Positions 20,601 through 29,616 of a stretch of 58,221 nucleotides of DNA are shown piece by piece. Below the pieces are notes generated by a model that searched no databases, was not told the DNA's origin, and was given only the letters and a program-made list of their open reading frames with translations. How positions within the stretch are numbered: the stretch's first letter is position 1; each line of letters opens with the position of its first letter. Source of the stretch: a virus (taxonomy: Duplodnaviria; Caudoviricetes); IMG/VR virus record IMGVR_UViG_3300048591_001185, positions 1 to 58,221 of that record; one strand, 5' to 3'. Made by a program: the position numbers and the translations under genes.

Positions 20601-20906
20601 ACAAGCTACGGTGCTTCTGCTGATTATTATTCTGATTATTACACACTATTGCGTTCTGTAATGGGGTTAAATTTAGCATACCAAGATTTGTGCAATGAGG
20701 CTGCTTATTCTGGCTTCACAGAATTTATAAATATATCTGGGCAATTTGATAGTGATTACAATATGCAAGATACAGTTACTGCTGTGAATACCAGAAATTC
20801 CACAACAGAACTAATTGGCACTAATGGAATACATCCAGCAGATGAAGGATATTTACAAATAGCTGATGCAGCATTAAGATGGTTGATTAAGGATTTTTGT
20901 CAATGA
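17622..20906 (+). CDS. Receptor-binding/tail fibre protein with three internal repeats and a C-terminal SGNH hydrolase
   Basis: Three NLF..IT.GYYV..AFYD..YISG..TP.N.YY.R.S repeats; SGNH blocks VGDSF, GYGGW, LGWNG, GIHP. Confidence 0.75.
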   Translation: MATSKFIKILRDINGVIHSGAKLYVVPQANTYPTGALILTESASKPGYYSRDALADGEYKIYLDSEGTGVLDDTVLYEEHVWHGELRQTTIANRFNSSAELQTAGIADNAVTTNKIVNNSISDVKIINDSIGTLKLVNAAVTPVKMAAQTATVTSLTSPAPSYIGQKGRSAGGLMYTAIALTGTCWELDLGGATPLSVKSVTDHFDSGDSYKLKSSGIKGAAIINSKLFSQAVTIDKISFVKYSKNLFNKSDITSGYYVSNVNGTNTANKSYSAANTYIPVSPSTDYFANKLTRMAFYDIDQVYISGLYISASTGGLMATPANCYYIRVSLLTVDIDDYQVEVGGSATSYVDYSATLNYVDLTDAQLNAKIIEGSLHPVFQIDLYGASTINMFDVDSITTGYYVDWTDGVLDANVGFDASDFMTVKPSMDYKSNFTIRHYAFYDLNKVFISGASSSVTDLTTPSNAYYLRVSFTPTSSPVHSLKQIEEGTTVSTFEKYVKSSVLHEKQVLIRHLNDVLYGNTSNNLFNYAAITEGHFVDSVHGDLDVNATYDASDYVKVTPSTDYVSNFSIVHHAFYDNDKKYISGANGIVTNITTPANCYYIRFSIFASESHTGKQYELGTSATIFESYTEGFKLSDRQVKKKHLDLSIAADPVAPRIIMPDEYVAVVGTKLQIFYRGIIEAKNPMNYFIQIDCAKGKDFIRYFEYTPVIGDVGDVSFKVSLFNDSAVEVATKTINIKVVSQVGDPASTTNILTVGDSFNNGALDWGSVLAKQVYSGTNLMTGLTAISNIEFVGELGTSPEQYTGYGGWEFEEYNSEPDATTSNVWVYCTHDKDASDQESIWIDSNSKTWQLETIETNRLEFKHYGTNVSEVMPASGILTHSSAATHTTDITYTSTQVADSNPFWDSVGGDVDFHNWFATKYPTKESGGEVIDACFIMLGWNGLVMNAPLAADQETFIVKARTFLDNLHTDYPSCKVYIMGVQVPSVNGGLGTSYGASADYYSDYYTLLRSVMGLNLAYQDLCNEAAYSGFTEFINISGQFDSDYNMQDTVTAVNTRNSTTELIGTNGIHPADEGYLQIADAALRWLIKDFCQ

Positions 20907-21002
20907 CAGACAACAACCAAAATATTGAAATAGCAAGAGAATTAATGAACAAATTTGTATATTAAATATATTTCCACTCATTAAATTAAAGGAACAAGTA
21001 TC

Positions 21003-21428
21003 ATGGAAGAAAATATTGTTGAAAAAATTAAAAGGATTTTATTGACTGACCCAGAAGTAAAAGTAAAATGGGATGACTTGACTCACATCACTTCAATAGC
21101 TGATGCCCTTAATTCATTCAAACTTTTATTTTTCTTCATCAAAAAACTTGTCTATGTAATAGAAATAGTACAAGCTGAATTTGGTGGAATGGAAAAAGAA
21201 GAAAGAATTGACTATGCTGCTCAAGTATTAGATGATTTGATATCATTTAGTGGTTGGGCATTTTGGTTGGAAGCAGTTGATTATATGTTTTTCAAATTTG
21301 CCATAAGTCAAGTTGTTGCTGCTTTGGATGATAGATATGGTACAGGTAGCTGGTTTACAAATTATGATGCTATAAAAAATATTGATAAAGATGAATTGTA
21401 TATTAAAGCAACAAGAAAAGAATTTTAA
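21003..21428 (+). CDS. Hypothetical protein (hydrophobic, end of the tail module)
   Basis: ORF with AAGGA SD, followed by a terminator. Confidence 0.55.
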   Translation: MEENIVEKIKRILLTDPEVKVKWDDLTHITSIADALNSFKLLFFFIKKLVYVIEIVQAEFGGMEKEERIDYAAQVLDDLISFSGWAFWLEAVDYMFFKFAISQVVAALDDRYGTGSWFTNYDAIKNIDKDELYIKATRKEF

Positions 21429-21473
21429 TAAACATATTCCTTATGTATGTGTTATCTGAACTGTAACACTCTG

Positions 21474-21506
21474 AAATGCCTGGTTTTTTTCAGCCAGGCA
21501 TTTTTT
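21474..21506 (+). terminator. Rho-independent terminator
   Basis: AAATGCCTGGTT/AGCCAGGCATTT stem followed by a T tract. Confidence 0.8.
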
Positions 21507-21563
21507 ATATCCACCTGAAGTCAAACCAATTCATGTATATTACTATAAAAATGGAACATTTCA

Positions 21564-23342
21564 ATGAGCACTATCATTCAATTACAAAACTTTCAAGACA
21601 ATTCTATTATGATAAGAATAAAAGGTGAAAAATTTTACAGCATTTTAGAAATTATAAAAGATTTACCTGTTAGAAATTACATCAAACAAGAAAAAGTTTG
21701 GACAATTCCATTTAGTGACCTTGCATTATTTGTTACAAAAATGAAAAATTCTGATAATACTGTTATAATTAAGATTGAACAGAATGTTAAAGACAAATAT
21801 TTTCAGTTTAGGGAATGGAAAAAAAGACAATTATTCATAAAAGCTGACAAGAAGTATGAATTAATTGAAGAAATAAAAAAGGAAATGGTGGTTGATGAAA
21901 GAATGTATCCATTTCAACTGATTGGAGCATACTTTTTATACAAATCAGGTGATGCTTTGCTGTGTGATATGGTTGGATTGGGCAAAACTGTACAAAGTCT
22001 ATGTGCTAATGAGACACATTTTTATGATAAGTCAATAAATTTCACCATAATAATCTGCCCAAGTACATTAAAAAAGAATTGGGAAGATGAAATAAATCTA
22101 TGGACAAAGGAAAAAACATCAATAATAATTGGTGGTACAAAGGCACAAAGAAAAAAGCAATATAAATCAGCTTATAAATGTGATTATATGATAATAAATT
22201 ATGACTTACTCAACCATGACATGGATATCATTGATGAATTTATAATACAAAAAGGATTTGTATATTCAGTTATCATTGATGAAATTCAGTATATAAAAAA
22301 CCATCAAGCCAAAAGAAGCAAACATACCAAAAATATTTCAGCCTTTGCAAAATACTCTATTGGTTTATCAGCCACAGCAATAGAAAATAGTTTATTGGAC
22401 TTGTGGTCAATCTTTCAAGGTATAAATGAGACTGTATTTGGTGGGGCAGGATTATTGTGGCATTTTAAAGATAAGTATTTAGTGATGGATTTTTTTGGCA
22501 ATGCTATTGATTATAAAAATGAAGCTATTGTTAAGAATAGAATGTCACCATATTTGATTAGAAGAATGAAGGATGAGGTGTTGGATGAATTACCTGATAA
22601 GATTGAAAACAATTATTGGGTTGAGTTATCCCCAGAGCAAAGAAAATTTTATGATGAAGTAAAAAATAAAATTGTCACTGAAATAGGAAACCAAGAAAAA
22701 GCAGAAAAAATAAAGTCAGCTGAAATATTACCAATGATTGTATATTTAAGACAGTGTGTGCTATCTGCACAACTTATAGGGCACACAGAAAATATTTCAA
22801 CCAAGACAACTCAACTTATGGAGTTTGTTGAAAGTTTAGACAAAGATAGTAAGGTGGTTGTGTTCACTCACTTTGTTGAGATGGTGGAAATATTAAAAAG
22901 AGAATTAGACTTGAAAGGTTATAAAAATATTTGTATCCATGGAAATAGAAAATCAGCTTTGTATTGTCCTGCTGATGATAGGGTGAGTGTGATTAAAAAA
23001 TTTAATGCAGATAAGAAAATAAAAATATTAGTCACCAGTGACATCTTGACTGAAGGTGTAAATATAACAAGTGCAAATTATTTAGTCAATTTTGATATTT
23101 TATTCAATCCTGCTAAAATGGAACAAAGAATTGGCAGGATTGATAGAATTGGCAATAAACACAAGGTGATAAATATTGTGAATATCATAGCATTGAATAC
23201 CATTGAACAAGATGTTTATGAAAAGGTTTGGAAAAAAAGAAACATGAGTATCGATATCATGGATAATAACAAAGTGGAAAATAGGTTGACTATTAAAAAC
23301 ATAAAAAGTTTATTGGAAGTAAAAAATAGAAAATTAATTTGA
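21564..23342 (+). CDS. SNF2-family helicase/ATPase
   Basis: DMVGLGKT, ICPSTLKKNW, IIDEIQ, LSAT, IRRMKDEV, EGVNI, QRIGRIDRIG. Confidence 0.9.
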   Translation: MSTIIQLQNFQDNSIMIRIKGEKFYSILEIIKDLPVRNYIKQEKVWTIPFSDLALFVTKMKNSDNTVIIKIEQNVKDKYFQFREWKKRQLFIKADKKYELIEEIKKEMVVDERMYPFQLIGAYFLYKSGDALLCDMVGLGKTVQSLCANETHFYDKSINFTIIICPSTLKKNWEDEINLWTKEKTSIIIGGTKAQRKKQYKSAYKCDYMIINYDLLNHDMDIIDEFIIQKGFVYSVIIDEIQYIKNHQAKRSKHTKNISAFAKYSIGLSATAIENSLLDLWSIFQGINETVFGGAGLLWHFKDKYLVMDFFGNAIDYKNEAIVKNRMSPYLIRRMKDEVLDELPDKIENNYWVELSPEQRKFYDEVKNKIVTEIGNQEKAEKIKSAEILPMIVYLRQCVLSAQLIGHTENISTKTTQLMEFVESLDKDSKVVVFTHFVEMVEILKRELDLKGYKNICIHGNRKSALYCPADDRVSVIKKFNADKKIKILVTSDILTEGVNITSANYLVNFDILFNPAKMEQRIGRIDRIGNKHKVINIVNIIALNTIEQDVYEKVWKKRNMSIDIMDNNKVENRLTIKNIKSLLEVKNRKLI

Positions 23343-23376
23343 GTGTTGAATAAGCCATCTTTTTTAAGGGGGTCAT

Positions 23377-23442
23377 ATATTTTATCAAATAAAAGATTTG
23401 AATCGAAATTTCAGCACTCTATGGAATTATTTCAGCACTCTA
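23377..23442. promoter_or_regulatory. Bipartite intergenic element copy 1 plus 14-bp direct repeat
   Basis: TATCAAA-N22-CAGCACT; ATTTCAGCACTCTA at 23408 and 23429. Confidence 0.5.
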
Positions 23443-23498
23443 AACTTTTATTTTGAACCAATATTTTTAGTATTTAGAAAAAAAACAATCAGGTACAG

Positions 23499-24440
23499 GT
23501 GATGGATAATAAATTTTTCAAGCAGGTAATTTTTAATAAAGGTAACAAGTCAGTTAGAATAATTTCAGTTGACTTGAATGGAATGGTGAATGAAATGAAA
23601 AAAGGTAAGGGTGATGAAGGTGAAATTAAATTTACATTTGATGTAGGTGATGAATATGATTTCAAATTTGATGAAGATATTGAAACAGGTCAAAGATGCT
23701 TAACCATCTCATTAATTTCCGTAAGGAAATTTAAAAATAAAAATAATAATAAAAATTATATTAATTCCAAAAAAGAGAATAAGAAAATAGAAAGAAAGAA
23801 GTACCAAGAAAGAAAGAACAAAGAAACAGAGAAAAAAGTCAGCAACTATCCACCACCTACTACCACCTACCAAAAATTACATTCTACCAATGGAAAACCA
23901 GAAATAAAGAATAGCAACCCAAATCCAAAGCAGTTGAGAACTGATTTAAGCAATGATAAATCAAAATTTTATTATGAAGGTGATGAGTTTGTTCAAAGTA
24001 AAGAAGCAACCAAGGTTGCTGTTAAAATTAGCAAGTTGAAAGATTGGGAATGTGTGGTGGTTGATAAATGGTCAAGCAGTCAGTTTTTGCAATACATGGG
24101 TCATAAATTTAATCAAGTATATGGTTTCAGCAGTCTTGAATTTTCAGTGGTTGATGGTAAAAGGTATCAATCAAGTGCCAAAGGAATACTGTATGTAAAA
24201 ATAAAATCAAAATTGGTAAGTGTGTTTGCTGAAATAAATTTGGGTAAGGCTGACTTGAAAAATTATATTGACTGGATGTATGATATCAAGTCAAGTGAAT
24301 TAGATTTTCCAATTACTTTGAATTTCTTGTGTAGCAAAGCTATGATAACAGAATGGTTACAAAAGAAAATTAAGAAAGGTAAAAATAATATCAACAAAAA
24401 TATTGGTGTAAACAAAAAAATTCATAAACCAAAAATGTAA
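23499..24440 (+). CDS. Hypothetical protein, possible replication initiator
   Basis: Upstream of loader-like, DnaB and primase genes; basic low-complexity linker. Confidence 0.4.
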   Translation: MMDNKFFKQVIFNKGNKSVRIISVDLNGMVNEMKKGKGDEGEIKFTFDVGDEYDFKFDEDIETGQRCLTISLISVRKFKNKNNNKNYINSKKENKKIERKKYQERKNKETEKKVSNYPPPTTTYQKLHSTNGKPEIKNSNPNPKQLRTDLSNDKSKFYYEGDEFVQSKEATKVAVKISKLKDWECVVVDKWSSSQFLQYMGHKFNQVYGFSSLEFSVVDGKRYQSSAKGILYVKIKSKLVSVFAEINLGKADLKNYIDWMYDIKSSELDFPITLNFLCSKAMITEWLQKKIKKGKNNINKNIGVNKKIHKPKM

Positions 24441-24442
24441 AA

Positions 24443-24452
24443 TTGTATATTA
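24443..24452 (+). promoter_or_regulatory. TTGTATATTA putative phage promoter motif (representative copy)
   Basis: Same 10-mer at 20955, 21396, 33503, 35567, 45757, 54736 and a variant at 21533, mostly 20-40 nt upstream of start codons. Confidence 0.6.
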
Positions 24453-24473
24453 TTAAAAAAATGGATTTAGTGT

Positions 24474-25055
24474 ATGGATGTAAATAAAATTCCAACAGAT
24501 ATTGTTGAAAAAGTAAATAGGAAATATGGTCATAAAAACTTGAGAAAATTTCTGAATTATTATCATTCAGGCTTGCCTGAAAAATATTGGAATAGTGCTG
24601 AATGTAAATATTTAGCTGATATGGAAGCAATGGCTAACACATCTAATGTTACTGTGTTATCTGAAAGTGTTAATAAATCTGATGACATAGTTTATAATTT
24701 TTTAAAAAGTCAAATTGACAAAAAGGTAAATTGCATATCAGTTGATTTTGTTACTCTTAATTCAACAATCATAGATAAATTCAGTCAAATAAATTTAGAT
24801 GTGTTAAAGGAATTTGAGAAATTTGAAATTGTAGGTATTGTTGGTTTGAAAAGATATGGAAAAATTTATGATAGATTTTATCCAGCAATTACCAGCATAC
24901 TCAACACTTTAATACATAATTCATCATTTCAAAAAAGGATTTTATTAAGCATTGAAACAAAGGATGATGATTTGGAAAAAATAGGTGATATGTTTGGTGA
25001 AGAATTTATGAATATGATTATAAGTGATTTTGAAATTTTCAGTATAATAAAATAA
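24474..25055 (+). CDS. Hypothetical protein, possibly a degenerate DnaC/IstB-like loader
   Basis: SGLPEKYW N-terminal motif and position before DnaB; no intact Walker A. Confidence 0.35.
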   Translation: MDVNKIPTDIVEKVNRKYGHKNLRKFLNYYHSGLPEKYWNSAECKYLADMEAMANTSNVTVLSESVNKSDDIVYNFLKSQIDKKVNCISVDFVTLNSTIIDKFSQINLDVLKEFEKFEIVGIVGLKRYGKIYDRFYPAITSILNTLIHNSSFQKRILLSIETKDDDLEKIGDMFGEEFMNMIISDFEIFSIIK

Positions 25056-25064
25056 AGGAAAGTT

Positions 25065-25286
25065 ATGAATCATTTTGTTGAAAGCACAGTAAGAACAACC
25101 AAGTTGTGGTGCAGTAAGTGCAGAGCCAAAATACATAGAGAAGATGATGTGATTTTTGAATTGAATGATAGAGGTAAGATGGAGAATGTTTATGGTGAAA
25201 GATGTGGCTGTAGAAAGGATTTTGAAATGGAAGCATATGAAGAAACAGTTCACCAATTTAGCAGTGAAGGTCTTGGGCAGGATTGA
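25065..25286 (+). CDS. Small Cys-containing hypothetical protein
   Basis: AAGGA SD; CSKC..CGC. Confidence 0.55.
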   Translation: MNHFVESTVRTTKLWCSKCRAKIHREDDVIFELNDRGKMENVYGERCGCRKDFEMEAYEETVHQFSSEGLGQD

Positions 25287-25546
25287 TGGTTGATGATGAA
25301 TTAACATACAAAGATTTCAAGACAGGCTTGACCTTCAAAGAAGTTAGGCAGATACTTCAAATTGAAGCTGATAGTAAATATGAAAAAGGTGAATACATGT
25401 TTATCACCAGAGCAACAGTGTTGGGTAGGTGGTTTCAAATTAAAAAACAGATGTATGATATGTATTTACAGAATGTTGCATATTTTCAGATGGCTGAAGA
25501 TAGCAAAAGAAAAAACACGCCTGATTTTATTCATAAGGAATATTAA
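25286..25546 (+). CDS. Hypothetical protein
   Basis: Translationally coupled (TGATG, TAATG overlaps). Confidence 0.55.
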   Translation: MVDDELTYKDFKTGLTFKEVRQILQIEADSKYEKGEYMFITRATVLGRWFQIKKQMYDMYLQNVAYFQMAEDSKRKNTPDFIHKEY

Positions 25547-26982
25547 TGAAGTTGAATAATGTTAATGTTGAAAGAAATGTATTAAGATGTTTGATAAATT
25601 TAAGTGATTATGCTGCATCAATATTTATGTATGGAAATATTGTTGAAGAACATTTTGCTGATTTATTCCACAGAGATACATTTAAAGCTGTACAAAATTT
25701 TTATAAAAGATTTAGCACACCACCCACATCTGAAAAATTAAAACACCATATATTAAATTTCATAACCTATGACAATAGGTTCAAGACTAAAGAAAACCAA
25801 CGTAAAATATGGGTTCAAAATGTTGATAAGTTTTTTAAACCATTGACCAAAGAATTAATAGCAGGTAAGGATTCAGACTTAGCATTACTTGAAGATTTTA
25901 GAAAAGGTAGATTATTACAGAAGTTTTTAATATCATCTGAAGATAGTTTTTCATCAGGGAAATATGGTGAAATAATTGATACAATGGGTGAGGTTGTTAA
26001 TAGCACCAGGGCTGTTGATAATATAATTATGGAAGGCAATATTGTTGAAGATTTTGGTCAGCATGTTCAACTTATAAAAATGAAAAAATCAGGATTAATA
26101 AAGCCAGTAAACACTGGAATTACTGGAGCAATGGAAAATATAGAAACTGGTGATTTCAAAATAGTTGAATTAGATACATTTTTAGATGGTGGATTGTATC
26201 CTGGTGAGATGACATTGGTTATTGGTGAAAATAGTGTTGGTAAGTCATTTTTATTGATGGAAATACCTGTTAATGCTGCAATGGTAAATAAGCAAAATAC
26301 CATATTATTCACAATAGAAATGAACAAAATACAAGAACAAATGAGAATTTATAGCAGAATAACAAGCATACCATTTTATAAATTTAGAACAGGTGAAATT
26401 AAGAAAAGTGAATTGATAAAAGTAAAAGAAAAATTAGAGTGGTGGAAAGAAAATTGTGGAATATTGCATGTGGTAAGTTTTGACAAAGGTGCTACATCTT
26501 TGGATATAGAAAATAAATTGAAGGCTGCTGAAGACAAGTATGGAAAAGAATTTCACATTGCCAGCATTGATTATTTAAATGATATGAAACCATTAGGAAA
26601 ATTTCAGAACAATAAAAGTTGGGATGCAATGGGCGAGATAAGTTGGGACTTGGCACAATTGAGTAAGAAACACAATAACAGAAAGGGCATACCTATAATA
26701 ACTGCTAACCAAAAGAAAACAACCAGGGCAGGTAGTGAAACAACTTCATGGTCAGATGCAGCATTTTCACCATTACCATCTCAGCATTCAACCATCGGTA
26801 TAGGAATCAGTCAATCAGAAAATGATAGAGAATTAGGCAGGATAAGATATGACATTTTCAAAGATAGGTATGGTAAGAAGTCAGTAAGTTTTTATACATT
26901 CCCTGATTTTTCAATAAGCAAAATAAGCAGTTTGAAAAAATTACATGAATTTTATGACATTGAAGGTGGTGGAATAAAATAA
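25546..26982 (+). CDS. dnaB: DnaB-like replicative helicase
   Basis: Walker A GENSVGKS, FTIEM, IDYLND, ITANQ, KDRYG. Confidence 0.85.
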   Translation: MKLNNVNVERNVLRCLINLSDYAASIFMYGNIVEEHFADLFHRDTFKAVQNFYKRFSTPPTSEKLKHHILNFITYDNRFKTKENQRKIWVQNVDKFFKPLTKELIAGKDSDLALLEDFRKGRLLQKFLISSEDSFSSGKYGEIIDTMGEVVNSTRAVDNIIMEGNIVEDFGQHVQLIKMKKSGLIKPVNTGITGAMENIETGDFKIVELDTFLDGGLYPGEMTLVIGENSVGKSFLLMEIPVNAAMVNKQNTILFTIEMNKIQEQMRIYSRITSIPFYKFRTGEIKKSELIKVKEKLEWWKENCGILHVVSFDKGATSLDIENKLKAAEDKYGKEFHIASIDYLNDMKPLGKFQNNKSWDAMGEISWDLAQLSKKHNNRKGIPIITANQKKTTRAGSETTSWSDAAFSPLPSQHSTIGIGISQSENDRELGRIRYDIFKDRYGKKSVSFYTFPDFSISKISSLKKLHEFYDIEGGGIK

Positions 26983-28001
26983 TGGCAAGAAGTTTAAAAG
27001 ATATTGTTAAGAGTGATTATGGTTTGGGTTCATTTCCTTTTGTTGATGTTGAAGAATTTATTGAAAGTCAAGGCATTGAATTTACCAAGTCAGGTGATTG
27101 GTTGAAGATGAGATGCATACTACCATTTGGGCACAAAGACCATTCACCTTCAATGTTTATACACTCTAAACATGGGGCATATAATTGTTTTGTTTGTGGA
27201 ACAGGGAATTGGAATCAACTTTGTGAACACATGGAATGGAATGTTGAGATTGAGAGTATTACTATTGATGGAGTGCCTGATGTAGTTTGGAAAGATACTC
27301 AAGAAAAAATAAAAAATATTGATAAGAATAAAACCAAAGAACACTCAAAGTCAATACCTAAAGGATTCAAAAAAATAACAATAACTGATAAACATTGTAT
27401 CAAACATCATAAATATATGGTTGATAGAAATATTGAAAATTTAATAGATATGTTTAATGTTGGATATGTGCCAAAAGGTGATAGTAAATATGGAATGAAT
27501 TTTGTAAATAGAATAATCATACCATGCCATGATAATAGTGGAAATTATATGTGGTGTGAAGGTAGGGCAATAGTTCACACTAAGGTTGATAGAAAGTATT
27601 ACAGACCTTTTGGGATAAATAAAACTAAGTATTTATTCAATTATCATAGGGTTATTAGAGCCAACTATGATTGGGTGATAGTGGTTGAAGGTATTATTGA
27701 TGCTATGATATTGTGGAGTTGGAGACTGCCTGGGGTGTGTTGTTTTGGTGCAAGTATATCTGATGAACAGATAAGTTTGTTATCCAAATTTAATAAGGTG
27801 TTTGTTTGTTTAGATAATGATCCAGCAGGAATAAAAGGTTGGATTGGAGATAGAGAAAAGAATAAAAATGGTGTGAAACAAAAATTGATTGGTATAGGAA
27901 TTTCTGTAAATAGAATAATGATGCCTAAAGGCAAAGATGTAAATAATTTGACTGAAATACACTTCAAAAAACTTCTTAAAAAATCCAAAAAAATAGTATA
28001 A
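26982..28001 (+). CDS. dnaG: DNA primase (zinc finger + TOPRIM)
   Basis: C..P..HKDHSPS..YNCFVCG, RIIIP, VVEGIIDA, LDNDPAG, KDVN. Confidence 0.88.
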   Translation: MARSLKDIVKSDYGLGSFPFVDVEEFIESQGIEFTKSGDWLKMRCILPFGHKDHSPSMFIHSKHGAYNCFVCGTGNWNQLCEHMEWNVEIESITIDGVPDVVWKDTQEKIKNIDKNKTKEHSKSIPKGFKKITITDKHCIKHHKYMVDRNIENLIDMFNVGYVPKGDSKYGMNFVNRIIIPCHDNSGNYMWCEGRAIVHTKVDRKYYRPFGINKTKYLFNYHRVIRANYDWVIVVEGIIDAMILWSWRLPGVCCFGASISDEQISLLSKFNKVFVCLDNDPAGIKGWIGDREKNKNGVKQKLIGIGISVNRIMMPKGKDVNNLTEIHFKKLLKKSKKIV

Positions 28002-28554
28002 AAAAATCTATAAAAATAGTCTAAAAAATAGATAAAATTTATAATTAATTTTGTTTATTTTCTCATCAAATATAAGTAGTAATTTACTTATTTTTTTAGT
28101 TTTTCTATACCTATTTTCAATTTCATAGTAAAAAATTCTGTTTTTTAGAGTGGAAAAGTGAAAAAAAGTTAATTTATTTTATTGGAATTTAGCTTATAAA
28201 CACAGTTTTCCAAAAAAAATAGAAAAATATTTGGTTTTACAATAGGAAATATGGAATTTTTTACTATATTAAGGCAGGTGAAAAAAAGTTCTTTGATAAA
28301 TTGATTGATTGGATTTGAAGTGAAAGTAAAAATATATGAGTAATTTCAAATTGTTAAGCCACTTCTAACCACTGTTCTACAATACACTAACTAAGATATA
28401 ATTTCAAATAGGTAATAAAGACAAAAACCACAGACCATCAATTTCACATAATGGAATGTGTATAGACACTAATTTTTAATATCATCCAAGTTGGTAGCAG
28501 TGAATTGACTTAGAAAATAAGTCAGGCTTCAAAAAGTTAGGAAAAATCCTTTGG
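28002..28554. other. Longest non-coding region of the window (AT-rich, several hairpins); likely early-region control region
   Basis: No ORF; hairpin TGACTTA-GAAAA-TAAGTCA near 28507-28525; precedes the first hammerhead. Confidence 0.5.
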
Positions 28555-28607
28555 TTAATGTCCTTGGATGTGTATCCAAGTTGAAAAAGCAAAAGCAGAA
28601 ACATTAA
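28555..28607 (+). ncRNA. Type III hammerhead ribozyme, U3-A8 core variant
   Basis: Stem III UUAAUGU/ACAUUAA, GUC cleavage triplet (C28562), stem I CUUGGAU-gugu-AUCCAAG, core UUGAAAA, stem II aGC-aaaa-GCa, GAAA. Confidence 0.7.
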
Positions 28608-28628
28608 ACATTAATAAGGAATAAGGAA

Positions 28629-29141
28629 ATGAAAAAATCAGATGCATTAATTTTTCAAAATGACCATACTTTTGTCACTCCAAAAGGTAATGAATATCAT
28701 TTAGATTCATATGAAAAGGTGGGTGGCAAAACTTATTACAGTTATATTTGGTCAAATTGCCCTGAAATAGTAAAATTGGTCACCACAAATGGAATAAGAG
28801 TTGACAAAGAAGTTGATGCAACTTTTATTGACAAATGGATTGAAGATTTAATGAAAATAGTGGAAAAAGAAAGTGGAGAAATAAAAAATGACAGGATGAA
28901 ATTGACCTATGAAGATTGTGAACAATATTTGAATAAAAAAATAAATGTGGAAATTATATATTATTATGACAAAAGAAGTTCTGTTGCAGAAGAACATAAG
29001 ACCAGAAAAATTAAATTCAAAACAAAAGATGATTTTATTCAATGGGCAAATAAAAATGTTTATTCAAAGCCAAAAAGTTTGTACTCAGCATCTTTTTTAA
29101 TAGCAAATAGATTTGGAATTTTATTCATATATGAAAGATGA
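28629..29141 (+). CDS. Hypothetical early protein
   Basis: Doubled TAAGGAA SD. Confidence 0.65.
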   Translation: MKKSDALIFQNDHTFVTPKGNEYHLDSYEKVGGKTYYSYIWSNCPEIVKLVTTNGIRVDKEVDATFIDKWIEDLMKIVEKESGEIKNDRMKLTYEDCEQYLNKKINVEIIYYYDKRSSVAEEHKTRKIKFKTKDDFIQWANKNVYSKPKSLYSASFLIANRFGILFIYER

Positions 29142-29175
29142 GTAGCATCAAAAACAAATAATTTATTTTAACAAG

Positions 29176-29583
29176 CATAAGGAATTGACAAAATGGAAAC
29201 AGTTCAAATTAAAAAATTATTAAAAGTTGGAAAAAAATATCAAGCTGATTCTGAGTCACCAATAGATTCTTTAAAATTAGAAAAAATTGATTTTGAAGTT
29301 CTGGCAAAAAAGGGCGATGATATTTTTGTTTTTGCATATGGACAAAGTCATAATTTGGAAACAAAAATCATAGAAATATTAAGAGAAAAGAAATATACTG
29401 CAAGAGAATTGGCTGAAGGGATACATCTTGAAGTTTTTGATAATGACCCAAATGATATAGCAGAGTTCATAGATGATTCCATTTCTGTTTTAACAATTGA
29501 AGATAATAAGCTGAAAACTTGTGTAGGATATGAAATAAAAAATATTGTAGAAAACAACATAAGGAATTGACAAAATGGAAACA
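29176..29583 (+). repeat. 26-bp direct repeat of a translation-initiation region
   Basis: CATAAGGAATTGACAAAATGGAAACA at 29176-29201 and 29558-29583. Confidence 0.9.
29193..29570 (+). CDS. Hypothetical early protein
   Basis: TAAGGA SD; flanked by the 26-bp repeat. Confidence 0.65.
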   Translation: METVQIKKLLKVGKKYQADSESPIDSLKLEKIDFEVLAKKGDDIFVFAYGQSHNLETKIIEILREKKYTARELAEGIHLEVFDNDPNDIAEFIDDSISVLTIEDNKLKTCVGYEIKNIVENNIRN

Positions 29584-29616
29584 AATCTATTTTTAACTTT
29601 GATAGTCAATAAATAA
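29575..29616 (+). CDS. 13-aa mini-ORF (METNLFLTLIVNK) or gene remnant
   Basis: Same SD/ATG context as 29193; the stop abuts the hammerhead. Confidence 0.35.
   Translation: METNLFLTLIVNK

Noticed and set aside
20903-20965. 20-aa ORF overlapping the tail fibre stop
   Set aside because: Too short and featureless to support; it overlaps the promoter-like motif.
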